Source of the DNA: Promethearchaeota archaeon
GTDB lineage: Archaea > Asgardarchaeota > Lokiarchaeia > Sigyniarchaeales > SOKP01
Length of the DNA stretch: 64,000 bases
Reading direction: 5' to 3'
Assembly (NCBI GenBank): GCA_048939995.1
Contig: JBHLOY010000009.1
Span: 64,001-128,000, forward strand
Shown: piece by piece, positions 10,418 through 19,754 of the stretch
Numbering within the stretch: the first letter of the stretch is position 1
How the letters are laid out: the number at the start of each line of letters is the position of its first letter
Translations under genes and position numbers: made by a program
Notes under the pieces: generated by a model
Database searches by the model: none
What the model was told of the DNA's origin: nothing
What the model saw: only the letters and a program-made list of their open reading frames with translations

Positions 10418-11728
10418 TTAGGGTTTAAGGATAGCCCCTTTGCTTAGAGCAGTTATGGTTTTATCTTTTGGTTCGGGGACGAAATTTAATACAATAAAAA
10501 CACCGATAAATGCAACTAGGCTAAGAAGCATACCAGTACCGAGTGCCTGAAGAGAAACAAATGGGTTGCTAAAAGGATCTGCACTAAAAGGGTTAAGTGC
10601 ATCCGAAATAACTCCCACTATAAATCCTCCCAAGCCAGCTCCACGTGCTATAGAAAATATTATTGAGTTTGCAGAAGCTCTAACTTCAGTATCATATAAT
10701 TCAGAAGACCAAACACCAAAGATACCATGAAGACCAAAACCGAGTGTAATAAAAACAGAGGATAAGAGGATCAGATTATCACTAAACAACATTTTAGTAA
10801 ATATAGCAAATAATACCCCTCCAATTATTCCAATGATGTTATCGATTAGAAAAGCTTTTTTTCTACCCAGATAATCACTTAAAAACCCAAAGAAAAATAA
10901 ACCGAATGCAGCTATTACCATAAGAACTAACATAAAAAGTCTTGAGATACTTTCATAATTAGTTACTCCCGCGTTGGCAAATAAGTACTGAAAGAAAGTT
11001 GGTGCAAAGTCTACTAAGGAATGATAGGCAATTTCAGCGAACCAGAACAAAAAAATAAGTAATACAGTTAACTTCCGCCATTTCCTACTGAAAATTTCTT
11101 TTAAACGTATTTTTTGTTTAATCTGTTTCTCCTTGCGGAGTTGTTCATATTCAGTCCAAATAGCAGATTCTGGTAAGGTGAACCAAAAGAGTATAATAAA
11201 AGGTATAGGAAAGAGGGCAGTAAGGAAACAGAACTGCCACGGACGGATCAGCAATGTTGTTATTATTGCACCGATATATCCTAATACAAATGTAGAGTGA
11301 ACTAAACCACCTGCAGCACCTCTTCTTTTAGGAGAAAAATGTTCGGATATTAACGAGAAAGAAATTCCCCAACTGACTCCCAAACCAGAAATCATTCTCA
11401 TAATTGCGAATAGTACAAACATATTAGAAGGTACTAGCGAAGTCAAAGAGGAAAAAATCGCATCCCATGCTATAGAGATGATTAATGCATTTTTCCTCCC
11501 AAAACGATCTCCTAATTCACCGAAAAGAATGGCACCGGGAACAGTAAATACGAATTGAAATGAAAAAACAAGACCTATCTGCCAATCACCGACTCCAAAG
11601 AATGTTTTTAGTTCGGGAGCTAGTAAAGTTACCATAACTAATGAATATCCATCATGCATCCATGCAATAAATGCAGCCAACAGAATTATTAAAGTTGTAA
11701 ATTTTGAATATTTTTTAAGTTCAGTCAA
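10418..11728 (-). CDS. MFS transporter
   Basis: About 12 TM; motif A GELGDRFGRK and GFLSDYLGRKK. Confidence 0.9.
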   Translation of the reverse strand: MTELKKYSKFTTLIILLAAFIAWMHDGYSLVMVTLLAPELKTFFGVGDWQIGLVFSFQFVFTVPGAILFGELGDRFGRKNALIISIAWDAIFSSLTSLVPSNMFVLFAIMRMISGLGVSWGISFSLISEHFSPKRRGAAGGLVHSTFVLGYIGAIITTLLIRPWQFCFLTALFPIPFIILFWFTLPESAIWTEYEQLRKEKQIKQKIRLKEIFSRKWRKLTVLLIFLFWFAEIAYHSLVDFAPTFFQYLFANAGVTNYESISRLFMLVLMVIAAFGLFFFGFLSDYLGRKKAFLIDNIIGIIGGVLFAIFTKMLFSDNLILLSSVFITLGFGLHGIFGVWSSELYDTEVRASANSIIFSIARGAGLGGFIVGVISDALNPFSADPFSNPFVSLQALGTGMLLSLVAFIGVFIVLNFVPEPKDKTITALSKGAILKP

Positions 11729-11814
11729 ATTTTTTCACTTTTTAATAGAAATTAGTGAATAGGTAAATATTGTCTTAAGAAATATTTAAGATTATAAGAA
11801 AGTGCAAGAAGGTT

Positions 11815-12738
11815 TTATTGAGATATAAGGTAAAAAACGAAAGCGATACATCCTAAACTTGCCATAACAATACCCATAGCCCTACCCATTTTTTTTGCTG
11901 ATAAACTTTGAATATAGGTTGAGGTAAGAATGCCAGTAATAGCAGAGCCAATTGCTAAGAAAAGGGAAATTTCAAAATTTATGTAAAATGTTCCTCTAAA
12001 TGAAACTCCAAGAATTTGATATAAGGTAAAGGTAATTAGGCTAACAATGATACTTAATATAAGAGCAGTTCCAATACTCTTTTTAATTGGATAACCATAA
12101 AGAATTATTAAAGCTAAAACAATTATCAATCCTGAGTTTGCTCCAAATAAGCCTGAATTTATTCCGAGGAGAAGACCAAAAACTATAGCGACTATAAAAT
12201 ATAATCTAGATCCTGAAGGGATTACTTCTTCTATTTCAATTGTTTTTGCATTTGTTTTATTTTTTTGAGAGAGAATATCAATTTGTTCTTCAATTTCAAC
12301 CTTTAAAAATCTCTTATATATGTTTCTAACCATCTTCTTTAACCGTTCGGTTGTCGTATATCCACTCTTAATAAAAATTAATCCCAAAAAAATAATGAAT
12401 AGAGGTATGAACCAACCATAAATATTACCTATTGGAGTTAGCATCAATATAAATACCCCGATAAAAGTAAAAACAAGAGCAATTAATATTAATATGAAAA
12501 TATTTTTTTGAAATTTATATTCCCTTTTTCTTATATACCCAACACTTACTGCAAAGGCAGTTATTAAATCGTTTAATAAGTTAATTGCAATTGTTAAAAA
12601 CACATCTCCAGTTAACATAAGGACTATTGGCATGACAAGCCCTTGTCCAGTTTGGCCAATAAAACACATACCAATACCAACAAGAGCCCCAATTATCAAT
12701 AAGATAAATATCTGATATATTTCTAAAGCCATCGTCAA
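11815..12738 (-). CDS. TauE/SafE family sulfite exporter
   Basis: Two hydrophobic repeats with G-x-SGLFGANSG and KKSIGTAL signatures. Confidence 0.75.
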   Translation of the reverse strand: MTMALEIYQIFILLIIGALVGIGMCFIGQTGQGLVMPIVLMLTGDVFLTIAINLLNDLITAFAVSVGYIRKREYKFQKNIFILILIALVFTFIGVFILMLTPIGNIYGWFIPLFIIFLGLIFIKSGYTTTERLKKMVRNIYKRFLKVEIEEQIDILSQKNKTNAKTIEIEEVIPSGSRLYFIVAIVFGLLLGINSGLFGANSGLIIVLALIILYGYPIKKSIGTALILSIIVSLITFTLYQILGVSFRGTFYINFEISLFLAIGSAITGILTSTYIQSLSAKKMGRAMGIVMASLGCIAFVFYLISQ

Positions 12739-12802
12739 TTATTCCAGATTAATTAATATAAATTATTATACTATTACTGAATTGAAAATTTCTTTTCTTT
12801 AT

Positions 12803-14311
12803 TCAATTTGCTGCTATTCTTTTAGGGAATTTTGTCTGAGCCTTTAAATTCTGTTGAAGAAGTGTGTTGATCAATTTAAATCTTTCATCTCTAAAAGCGC
12901 GGTTTTCCCATAGATTATTAAGCTCATAAGGATCATTTTTTCGGTCATATATATCCCCATAATCAAGGCCCTCATATACAGTCAATTTGTAATGTTCAGT
13001 TACTAAATGCCTTAACCGAGCTTCAAGTGGACCTACTTCTTCATCATTTTCAATAAAAATACATGTTCTCACTCTTTCTCTGGGATTCATTAAAATGGGT
13101 GAAATATCAAAACCTTGCATGTCAGATGGATGATATCGACTATGTATACCCAATAAATTTAGAATAGTTTTTGGATAATCAATAGAACTTACCAAAGAGT
13201 TCGAAATTCCTGATTTTAGATATCCAGGTACTTTCCAGATCAATGGAAGTTGCAATACACCGTTGAATGGGCATGGTCCTTTAAAGAGTAGGCCGTGTTC
13301 GCCCATTAAGTCACCATGATCACTCATGAATACTATAATGGTATTCTTTGAATAGCCTAGTTTATCCAACGCTGCAACTATTTGCCCTATACTATAATCA
13401 ACATAGGATATTGCCGCATAAGTTAAAGCCGTCATCTTTTGAACTTCTTCTTTACTTGACTCCCGTAAAAAGGCTTTTTTAAATGGTGGATTCTTTAAAT
13501 GAGTGCCTAAAAATTTATGTTTATACAGATTTTGGATATCTGTAAAATTTGGAGGAAGTTCGATGTCATCAGGATCATACATATTTTGGAATCGTTCAGG
13601 AGGATATATAGGATAATGAGGATCTGGAAAGGAACAATGCAGATAAAAAGGTTTATTCCCATATTCTCCTCTCGCATGTCTCTCTAAAAATGCAATTGTT
13701 CTTTCTTTCACATATGTAGTGTTATATAATTCTTCTGGTATCTTCTCACAGAAAAGCCTGAAAAGATTGTCGTAATTTTTTACTTTTTTTCTCATTTTTT
13801 CTGCTTCATGCGGAGATCTCTCTTCTAACCACTCTAAATAATGACCAGTACATAAAGATCCATTTCCCGAAATTAGTTCTACCTCTTTATAACCATAATA
13901 ATCTAAAGGAAATGTGTTTGAAGTTGTTTTATAGTCTGCCCACTCATCTATGCTTTCAACTGACCTAGATTTATGCTTAAATGCCCCAAACCAAAATTGA
14001 TGGTGAATTTTTCCGATAGCTGCTGTATGCCACCCTCTCTTTTTCAGTGTTTGAATAATAGTGGGAATCTCTGGTCTTAAATTAATTCCATTACTCCTAA
14101 CACCATGTACGTTAGGGTAAACCCCCGTAATCAGTGTAGCTCGATTAGGCATACAAATTGGATTAGTACAAAAGTGATTAGTAAACTGAACTCCTTCCTT
14201 AGCTAATCTATCCAGATTTGGGGTTTTTATAATTGGGTTTCCTGCATACCCTAAATGATCAGCTCTTTGAGCATCTGTTATAATGAATAACACATTCATT
14301 TTGTCACTCAT
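12803..14311 (-). CDS. Cys-type (formylglycine) sulfatase
   Basis: NVLFIITD, CMPNRATLITG (CxPxR), GKIH, DPH, SDHG. Confidence 0.9.
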   Translation of the reverse strand: MSDKMNVLFIITDAQRADHLGYAGNPIIKTPNLDRLAKEGVQFTNHFCTNPICMPNRATLITGVYPNVHGVRSNGINLRPEIPTIIQTLKKRGWHTAAIGKIHHQFWFGAFKHKSRSVESIDEWADYKTTSNTFPLDYYGYKEVELISGNGSLCTGHYLEWLEERSPHEAEKMRKKVKNYDNLFRLFCEKIPEELYNTTYVKERTIAFLERHARGEYGNKPFYLHCSFPDPHYPIYPPERFQNMYDPDDIELPPNFTDIQNLYKHKFLGTHLKNPPFKKAFLRESSKEEVQKMTALTYAAISYVDYSIGQIVAALDKLGYSKNTIIVFMSDHGDLMGEHGLLFKGPCPFNGVLQLPLIWKVPGYLKSGISNSLVSSIDYPKTILNLLGIHSRYHPSDMQGFDISPILMNPRERVRTCIFIENDEEVGPLEARLRHLVTEHYKLTVYEGLDYGDIYDRKNDPYELNNLWENRAFRDERFKLINTLLQQNLKAQTKFPKRIAAN

Positions 14312-14388
14312 TATTATTACTTCGATTAATTAAAATAAATAACTTACTTAAAGTAAAAAAAAAAGATGGAAGAAAAATATCAAACTTT

Positions 14389-16629
14389 CTAAATGACTGG
14401 CTGAAATATTTTTTTCTCTATTAAGTTAAAAATAGCCTCTATATCCTTCGAATCATACTGCTTAGTTTCCATAATATGGGTCGTGTAGAAATAATTTTGT
14501 TTATTTCTTTTCATAACTTCTAAAGCACGACCAATAATTGTTCGTTCTACTTGGTCTACTTTATGTTTTCCAGTTTTAACGACTTTTAATGGATATAAAA
14601 AGGAAATATTCAAATGTTTCTTAAGCAAGTCTTCAATACCCTTAAATGGGTCAATATTTCCCTTAAATTTTTCAAGGTATCGGCCATAGTATAATTCAAT
14701 ATCAAAAGCTAACTGATTTATTGAATCGAGGAATTTTTCTGAGGGTAATTGGTTCATAATTAGAACTATTCGAAAGTCTCTGAATTCAGACATTATCACT
14801 TTGGAATTTTTGAATTCAAGTTTGATTGTTTGCGTTTTTTCATCTGTATTTGTCAATTCTATTCCAAAAGAATGAATTGCTGATAAAAATCCTGTTATAA
14901 GAGTAGGATCAATTTTTTGGGATGTAAATACTTGTTCATATACATTTAATGATGATTTTTTTTCAGCAATCATAATATATTTTAGGTTTAAAATGTCCAT
15001 ACACTTATTAATAATTTCCTCTTTCTTTGTCATGACTTTCCTCTTATGCCGTTTAGCAACAATAATAATAGAGATTGTAACTCCGCTAAAAACTGCAACT
15101 CCTAAAATAATAAGAAATAAACTCAACGGATCTATTGTAAATGGAACCGTAATAGTAAAAGTAGCAGTTTCAACTCCAGCATTTAATCCATTAAAAAAAT
15201 ATATATATGCATAATAACTGCCATCTAGAGGGTAAGCAGGGATATTATAAGCAAGAATGTTAGCATCTGAAGGAAGTGAAATTGTTTGACGGGAGACTTC
15301 GTAATAATCAGGACGATATAGTACAAAAGTATAGTTACCTGGCGTTACAGGAGTATCAATTGAAAATCTCAATTCTTGACCCGGTCCATACTCAGTTAGG
15401 CGTATATCTAGATCAAAATTAAATCTAGGAGAGTTGGCTGATATTAACCATTCTGCTCCATCAATTATAACTCCATTATAAATAAACAATGTATTTTGGG
15501 TTGAATTGTCAAATATTAAAGAGCTGATATTGACATTATTTCTATAAACGGTCAAATTATTCCAATTAGAGGGATAAACAAATTTAATAAAATAATTCTC
15601 ATATACTTCATTAAAAGAAGGCGTTATATTCCATAGATTATCCCTATTGGTTTCAATTGAAACAGATCCAGTACAAATAAACCCACTTTTTATATTTAAA
15701 TAATAATTAAGACTGAAATTTAATTGTATATTGAGATGATTTTTAATTTCAATATTCAAACTGTCTGTTTCTGTCGCCCAATTTAGTCCAGTTAAAGCTA
15801 ATTCTCCAGAATTAGGAATACTAGAGTTTAAAATAGGATAATCTAAACCATTAATTACCGCTGTCATATTTAATTCTTCGGGATTATAGCTTTTATTTAC
15901 TTTCTGAGCTAATTTGTATAGATATGGTTCACTTTGCGTTCCTGGTAGCCAATTAGAAGTATATTCTGCGGCGTAAAGTGTTGGATCCTTGGGATCAACT
16001 CCATTGTAAGCCCAATAATATTCTGTATCTCCACTTACAATTCCGAACATAACTAAATAATAGTTTCCACTTTCTAGAGTTACTCGAGAATTAAAGTTTT
16101 GATAATACCAACCGGGTACTGAAGAAACATTGATATCTGTAAATGCATAAATTGTATCATTAGGTTTATGATCAACACTATCAAAACCTCTAATTTGAAC
16201 TTGAATGACTTGGGTTGTGGTTTCAGGCTTGTATGCATAAATATCAACCCCGAATATGGTAGTAGTCTCATTTAGTTTTATTTGAACTCCGAGTCCATGT
16301 CTCCTTTTAGAAGGGGTATCATAATAAATCCGACCATATGTCCCTTGAGCTTGATCCTCAATTATTTTTAGCTCGCGTTCCAACTTTATGTTTGAAAAAT
16401 TAAGATGCAAATTAGTTATATTCCAATTATTTGAAGGTAGGGAAATTTCGACTGTGCTTACATTTTCATTGCTGCCACTTTTTTCAGCATATTCTTCAAA
16501 TAAGAAGTTAGAGGCCGCTATTAAGTGTTCACCACTTACTTGAGCTTCAACAAATTCGAATTGAAAAACGAATCCTAAAAATAACATTACAAAAAGGGAA
16601 TTAATGAGTAGATAATTCTTTACTTTCAT
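14389..16629 (-). CDS. Single-pass membrane protein, ectodomain + cytoplasmic longin-like domain (paralogue 3)
   Basis: Colinear with the other two paralogues; TLITGFLSAIHSFG, YPL, NLIEKKIF. Confidence 0.75.
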   Translation of the reverse strand: MKVKNYLLINSLFVMLFLGFVFQFEFVEAQVSGEHLIAASNFLFEEYAEKSGSNENVSTVEISLPSNNWNITNLHLNFSNIKLERELKIIEDQAQGTYGRIYYDTPSKRRHGLGVQIKLNETTTIFGVDIYAYKPETTTQVIQVQIRGFDSVDHKPNDTIYAFTDINVSSVPGWYYQNFNSRVTLESGNYYLVMFGIVSGDTEYYWAYNGVDPKDPTLYAAEYTSNWLPGTQSEPYLYKLAQKVNKSYNPEELNMTAVINGLDYPILNSSIPNSGELALTGLNWATETDSLNIEIKNHLNIQLNFSLNYYLNIKSGFICTGSVSIETNRDNLWNITPSFNEVYENYFIKFVYPSNWNNLTVYRNNVNISSLIFDNSTQNTLFIYNGVIIDGAEWLISANSPRFNFDLDIRLTEYGPGQELRFSIDTPVTPGNYTFVLYRPDYYEVSRQTISLPSDANILAYNIPAYPLDGSYYAYIYFFNGLNAGVETATFTITVPFTIDPLSLFLIILGVAVFSGVTISIIIVAKRHKRKVMTKKEEIINKCMDILNLKYIMIAEKKSSLNVYEQVFTSQKIDPTLITGFLSAIHSFGIELTNTDEKTQTIKLEFKNSKVIMSEFRDFRIVLIMNQLPSEKFLDSINQLAFDIELYYGRYLEKFKGNIDPFKGIEDLLKKHLNISFLYPLKVVKTGKHKVDQVERTIIGRALEVMKRNKQNYFYTTHIMETKQYDSKDIEAIFNLIEKKIFQPVI

Positions 16630-16776
16630 AAACTAAATACCAAAAACCTTAGTTTTAATACCCGACTCCTTTTAAAATATATAATAGCACACTTATATAA
16701 ACTATTTGATAAGGTTTTAATATGAATTAGAATGTCATAAATAACATTTTAAACAAAAAAAAGAAGAAGTCGTAGT

Positions 16777-17352
16777 TTATTTTTTTAATTTTTTAATTAC
16801 ATAGGCAATATTTTTAGCTAGATTTTTAAAAGTTTCCATCCCTTCTTCGTCATTTAAGACTTCTCCTGGTTTTTTTCCAATAGCCATATTCCAATAAGTA
16901 CTTCCTACCACTATCATTTCTTTAATGAGGAAAAAGAAGTTTATGCTAGAGAAAACATGATTAGCACCAGCTCGTCTGACGGCTACAACAGCTGCACCCA
17001 CTTTATTCTTTAGATTTCTACCGGTAGCATAACCCGCACGTTCTATTAAAGCTTTAGTGCTGGTTGTCATATTAGAAAAATAGGTTGGAGATCCAATTAT
17101 TATTCCATCAGCTTCAAGCATTTTTTGGATATAATCATTCATTTTATCTCCAGGTAAGACACATTTTTGATCATTATTATCAATACATTTTAAACATGCA
17201 GTACATCCTTGTAACTTTTCCATTCCGATCCACACATAATCACATTCTATACCTTCTTCTTCGAGAGTTTCCATAAGAATACTCAAACAATGATAGGTAT
17301 TTCCTTCTTTTCGAGGACTTCCATTAAAAAGTACAACCTTCATGATACTCAA
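16777..17352 (-). CDS. Iron-sulfur flavoprotein (Isf) / flavodoxin family
   Basis: GSPRKEGNT, CTACLKC-x7-C, GSPTYF. Confidence 0.9.
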   Translation of the reverse strand: MSIMKVVLFNGSPRKEGNTYHCLSILMETLEEEGIECDYVWIGMEKLQGCTACLKCIDNNDQKCVLPGDKMNDYIQKMLEADGIIIGSPTYFSNMTTSTKALIERAGYATGRNLKNKVGAAVVAVRRAGANHVFSSINFFFLIKEMIVVGSTYWNMAIGKKPGEVLNDEEGMETFKNLAKNIAYVIKKLKK

Positions 17353-17462
17353 ATTATAATAGTTTGATTAAGTAATAGAATATAATGGAATATATAAAAA
17401 TTAGAATAATAACAATTTTATTCCATCATTTTTATGTTTTCTATAAAGGGAGTTAAAATCAT

Positions 17463-18695
17463 ATGAAACCCGAACTAGTTATTCCAGTGCAAAATTGGGA
17501 TTCTTTAAAGGTCGTTGAAGACTGCGCCGATGCGATTTATTTTGGAGTAAAATCTTATAATATGCGCCAAAAAGCTGAAAATTTTTTACTGGAAGATTTT
17601 AAAGATGTTGTAGAATTCTGCCATGCAAGAGATCATCTTATTAAAGCTTATCTAACGACTAATATCTTAATTTATGATTCTGAATTGCAAGAACTGGAAA
17701 ATATACTAGAGCATGCAAAATTAGCGGGTATTGATGCTATTATTGTTCATGATTTGGCAGCGATAATGTTTGCAAAGAAGTATGATATAAAATTCCATAT
17801 TTCTACACAAGCAAATATATCTAATACGGAGTCTGCTAAATTTTTTGAAGGATTAGGAGCTGATCGCTTAGTTTTAGCTAGAGAACTTTCATTAGAGCAG
17901 ATAAAACTTATAAAACATCATTTAAACAAAGCTAAAATCGAATGTTTTGTGCATGGTTCAATGTGTAGTTCAGTATCTGGCCGTTGTTATTTATCTGCCA
18001 CAATTTGTGACTCAGAAGAATATTCAGCTAATCGAGGCAATTGTGTCCAGCCGTGTAGGCGAGAATGGAGAGTATTTGATGATGAAAACCATGAATTGCT
18101 ATATGATGGTCAAATGTTTTTGAATGCAAAAGATTTATGCATGATTGAATATATCCCTAATCTCATTCAAGCAAAGATTGATGCATTTAAAATAGAAGGA
18201 AGAATGAAAGATCCCCTTTATATTAGCACTGTTTCAAGTTGTTATAGAGAAGCCATAGATAGTTATTTTAACAATAACTTCACGAAACAGAAATTAGATG
18301 ATTGGATGGAAAGAATATCAAAAGTTTATAACCGTGGATTTCATACGGGATTCTACTTTCATAAGCCTACTTTGGAAGATATTCAATTAGCGGAAAGAGG
18401 GAATATATCCCCCTATAGGAAGCATTATTTAGGGAAGATCTTGTCTTTTGATAAAACATCTAAAACGGCAAATGTTTTATTAGAAAGCCTGGAAATACCT
18501 TTACGAACTGGAGATGAAATTATCATTATTGGGGAAAATACATACCAAATTGAAAAAATACGGAAAATGGTGTATAAAGGGGAAAAAATTAAAACTATTG
18601 TGAGAAAACGATATAGTGATCCTGTTAAAATAAATTTAAGAGTCGATAACTGTGAAGAAAATGATAAGATATATATTCTTATAAAAAATGGGTAA
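17463..18695 (+). CDS. U32 family protein (Fe-S, RNA hydroxylation type)
   Basis: ADAIYFG, HISTQ, LARELSL, HGSMC..SGRC..NRGNCVQPCR, KIEGR. Confidence 0.9.
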   Translation: MKPELVIPVQNWDSLKVVEDCADAIYFGVKSYNMRQKAENFLLEDFKDVVEFCHARDHLIKAYLTTNILIYDSELQELENILEHAKLAGIDAIIVHDLAAIMFAKKYDIKFHISTQANISNTESAKFFEGLGADRLVLARELSLEQIKLIKHHLNKAKIECFVHGSMCSSVSGRCYLSATICDSEEYSANRGNCVQPCRREWRVFDDENHELLYDGQMFLNAKDLCMIEYIPNLIQAKIDAFKIEGRMKDPLYISTVSSCYREAIDSYFNNNFTKQKLDDWMERISKVYNRGFHTGFYFHKPTLEDIQLAERGNISPYRKHYLGKILSFDKTSKTANVLLESLEIPLRTGDEIIIIGENTYQIEKIRKMVYKGEKIKTIVRKRYSDPVKINLRVDNCEENDKIYILIKNG

Positions 18696-18779
18696 AAGTA
18701 AAATTTATATCATCTATTGAACATAGATTAATTGAATTTTTTAAGAGACTAAATAAGTTTTAGAGACTGAATAATATAA

Positions 18780-19454
18780 ATGGAGTTTGAGGAGAAAAGA
18801 AAAAATTTAGTCGACAGCTTAATAAGTCGTAAAATATTGAAGGACCCAGTTGTTATTCAAGCAATGTTGAAGGTCCCCAGGCATGAATTTTTACCTGAAG
18901 GGGCAATATCTTCTGCTTATATAGATTCTCCACTTTCTATAGGTCTGGGACAAACAATATCAGCCCCTCATATGAACGCAATGATGTGTGAATATCTTGA
19001 GTTAAAAGAGGGAGATAAAGTATTAGAAATAGGAACGGGTTCAGGATATCATGCTGCTTTATGTGCTGAAATTGTTAGTTCGAAGGATTCTGAAAATCCA
19101 GGTCATGTTTATACTATAGAGCGCTTAAAAGACTTAGCTGATAAAGCACGTAAAGCTCTTCATAGAAGTGGATATGGAAACAAGGTAACTGTTATATGGG
19201 GGGATGGTACATTAGGGTATCCTCAAGAAGCCCCCTATGATAAAATTTTAGTGACCGCAGCATCACCAAAGAAAATTCCTCCTCCTTATAAGGAACAATT
19301 AAAAGATGGTGGCATTTTATGTATTCCCGCTGGATCGCGAGAATGGGGACAAAATCTCTATATTATTCGTAGAGAAGGAGATAGTTTTGATTCTGAAAAT
19401 ATCACGGGAGTCAGATTTGTTAGTCTGATTGGAAGATATGGTTGGCCAGAATAA
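18780..19454 (+). CDS. pcm: Protein-L-isoaspartate O-methyltransferase
   Basis: VPRHEF, QTISAPHM, VLEIGTGSGY, APYDKILVTA, VRFVSL. Confidence 0.95.
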   Translation: MEFEEKRKNLVDSLISRKILKDPVVIQAMLKVPRHEFLPEGAISSAYIDSPLSIGLGQTISAPHMNAMMCEYLELKEGDKVLEIGTGSGYHAALCAEIVSSKDSENPGHVYTIERLKDLADKARKALHRSGYGNKVTVIWGDGTLGYPQEAPYDKILVTAASPKKIPPPYKEQLKDGGILCIPAGSREWGQNLYIIRREGDSFDSENITGVRFVSLIGRYGWPE

Positions 19455-19490
19455 TGAAATATTCATAATCTGGGCAGATAAGGAAAAAAT

Positions 19491-19634
19491 TTAATTCCGA
19501 GATTTTTTTTTTAGTTTATCCTCTACTAATTTTTTACGGATTCTCTTTATAAATTCATTATTTTCAATATTTTGTTTAGCAGATTTGTTGGTATAATTAA
19601 AGCCATTTCGTTTGCCATTTTTGTAAAAATCCAT
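19491..19634 (-). CDS. Putative 47-aa basic protein (not in ORF track)
   Basis: ATG19634-TAA19491: MDFYKNGKRNGFNYTNKSAKQNIENNEFIKRIRKKLVEDKLKKKSRN; TTTAAATATA box about 50 nt upstream. Confidence 0.35.
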   Translation of the reverse strand: MDFYKNGKRNGFNYTNKSAKQNIENNEFIKRIRKKLVEDKLKKKSRN

Positions 19635-19754
19635 AAAAATACCATGACAAAAAGATATTTATTAGTTGATAATATGAGTAAAATATATTTAAACGTTGAT
19701 AAATTCGACAAAATCTATCCACAAAAATACAAAAACGTAATAAAAAGAAAGATT

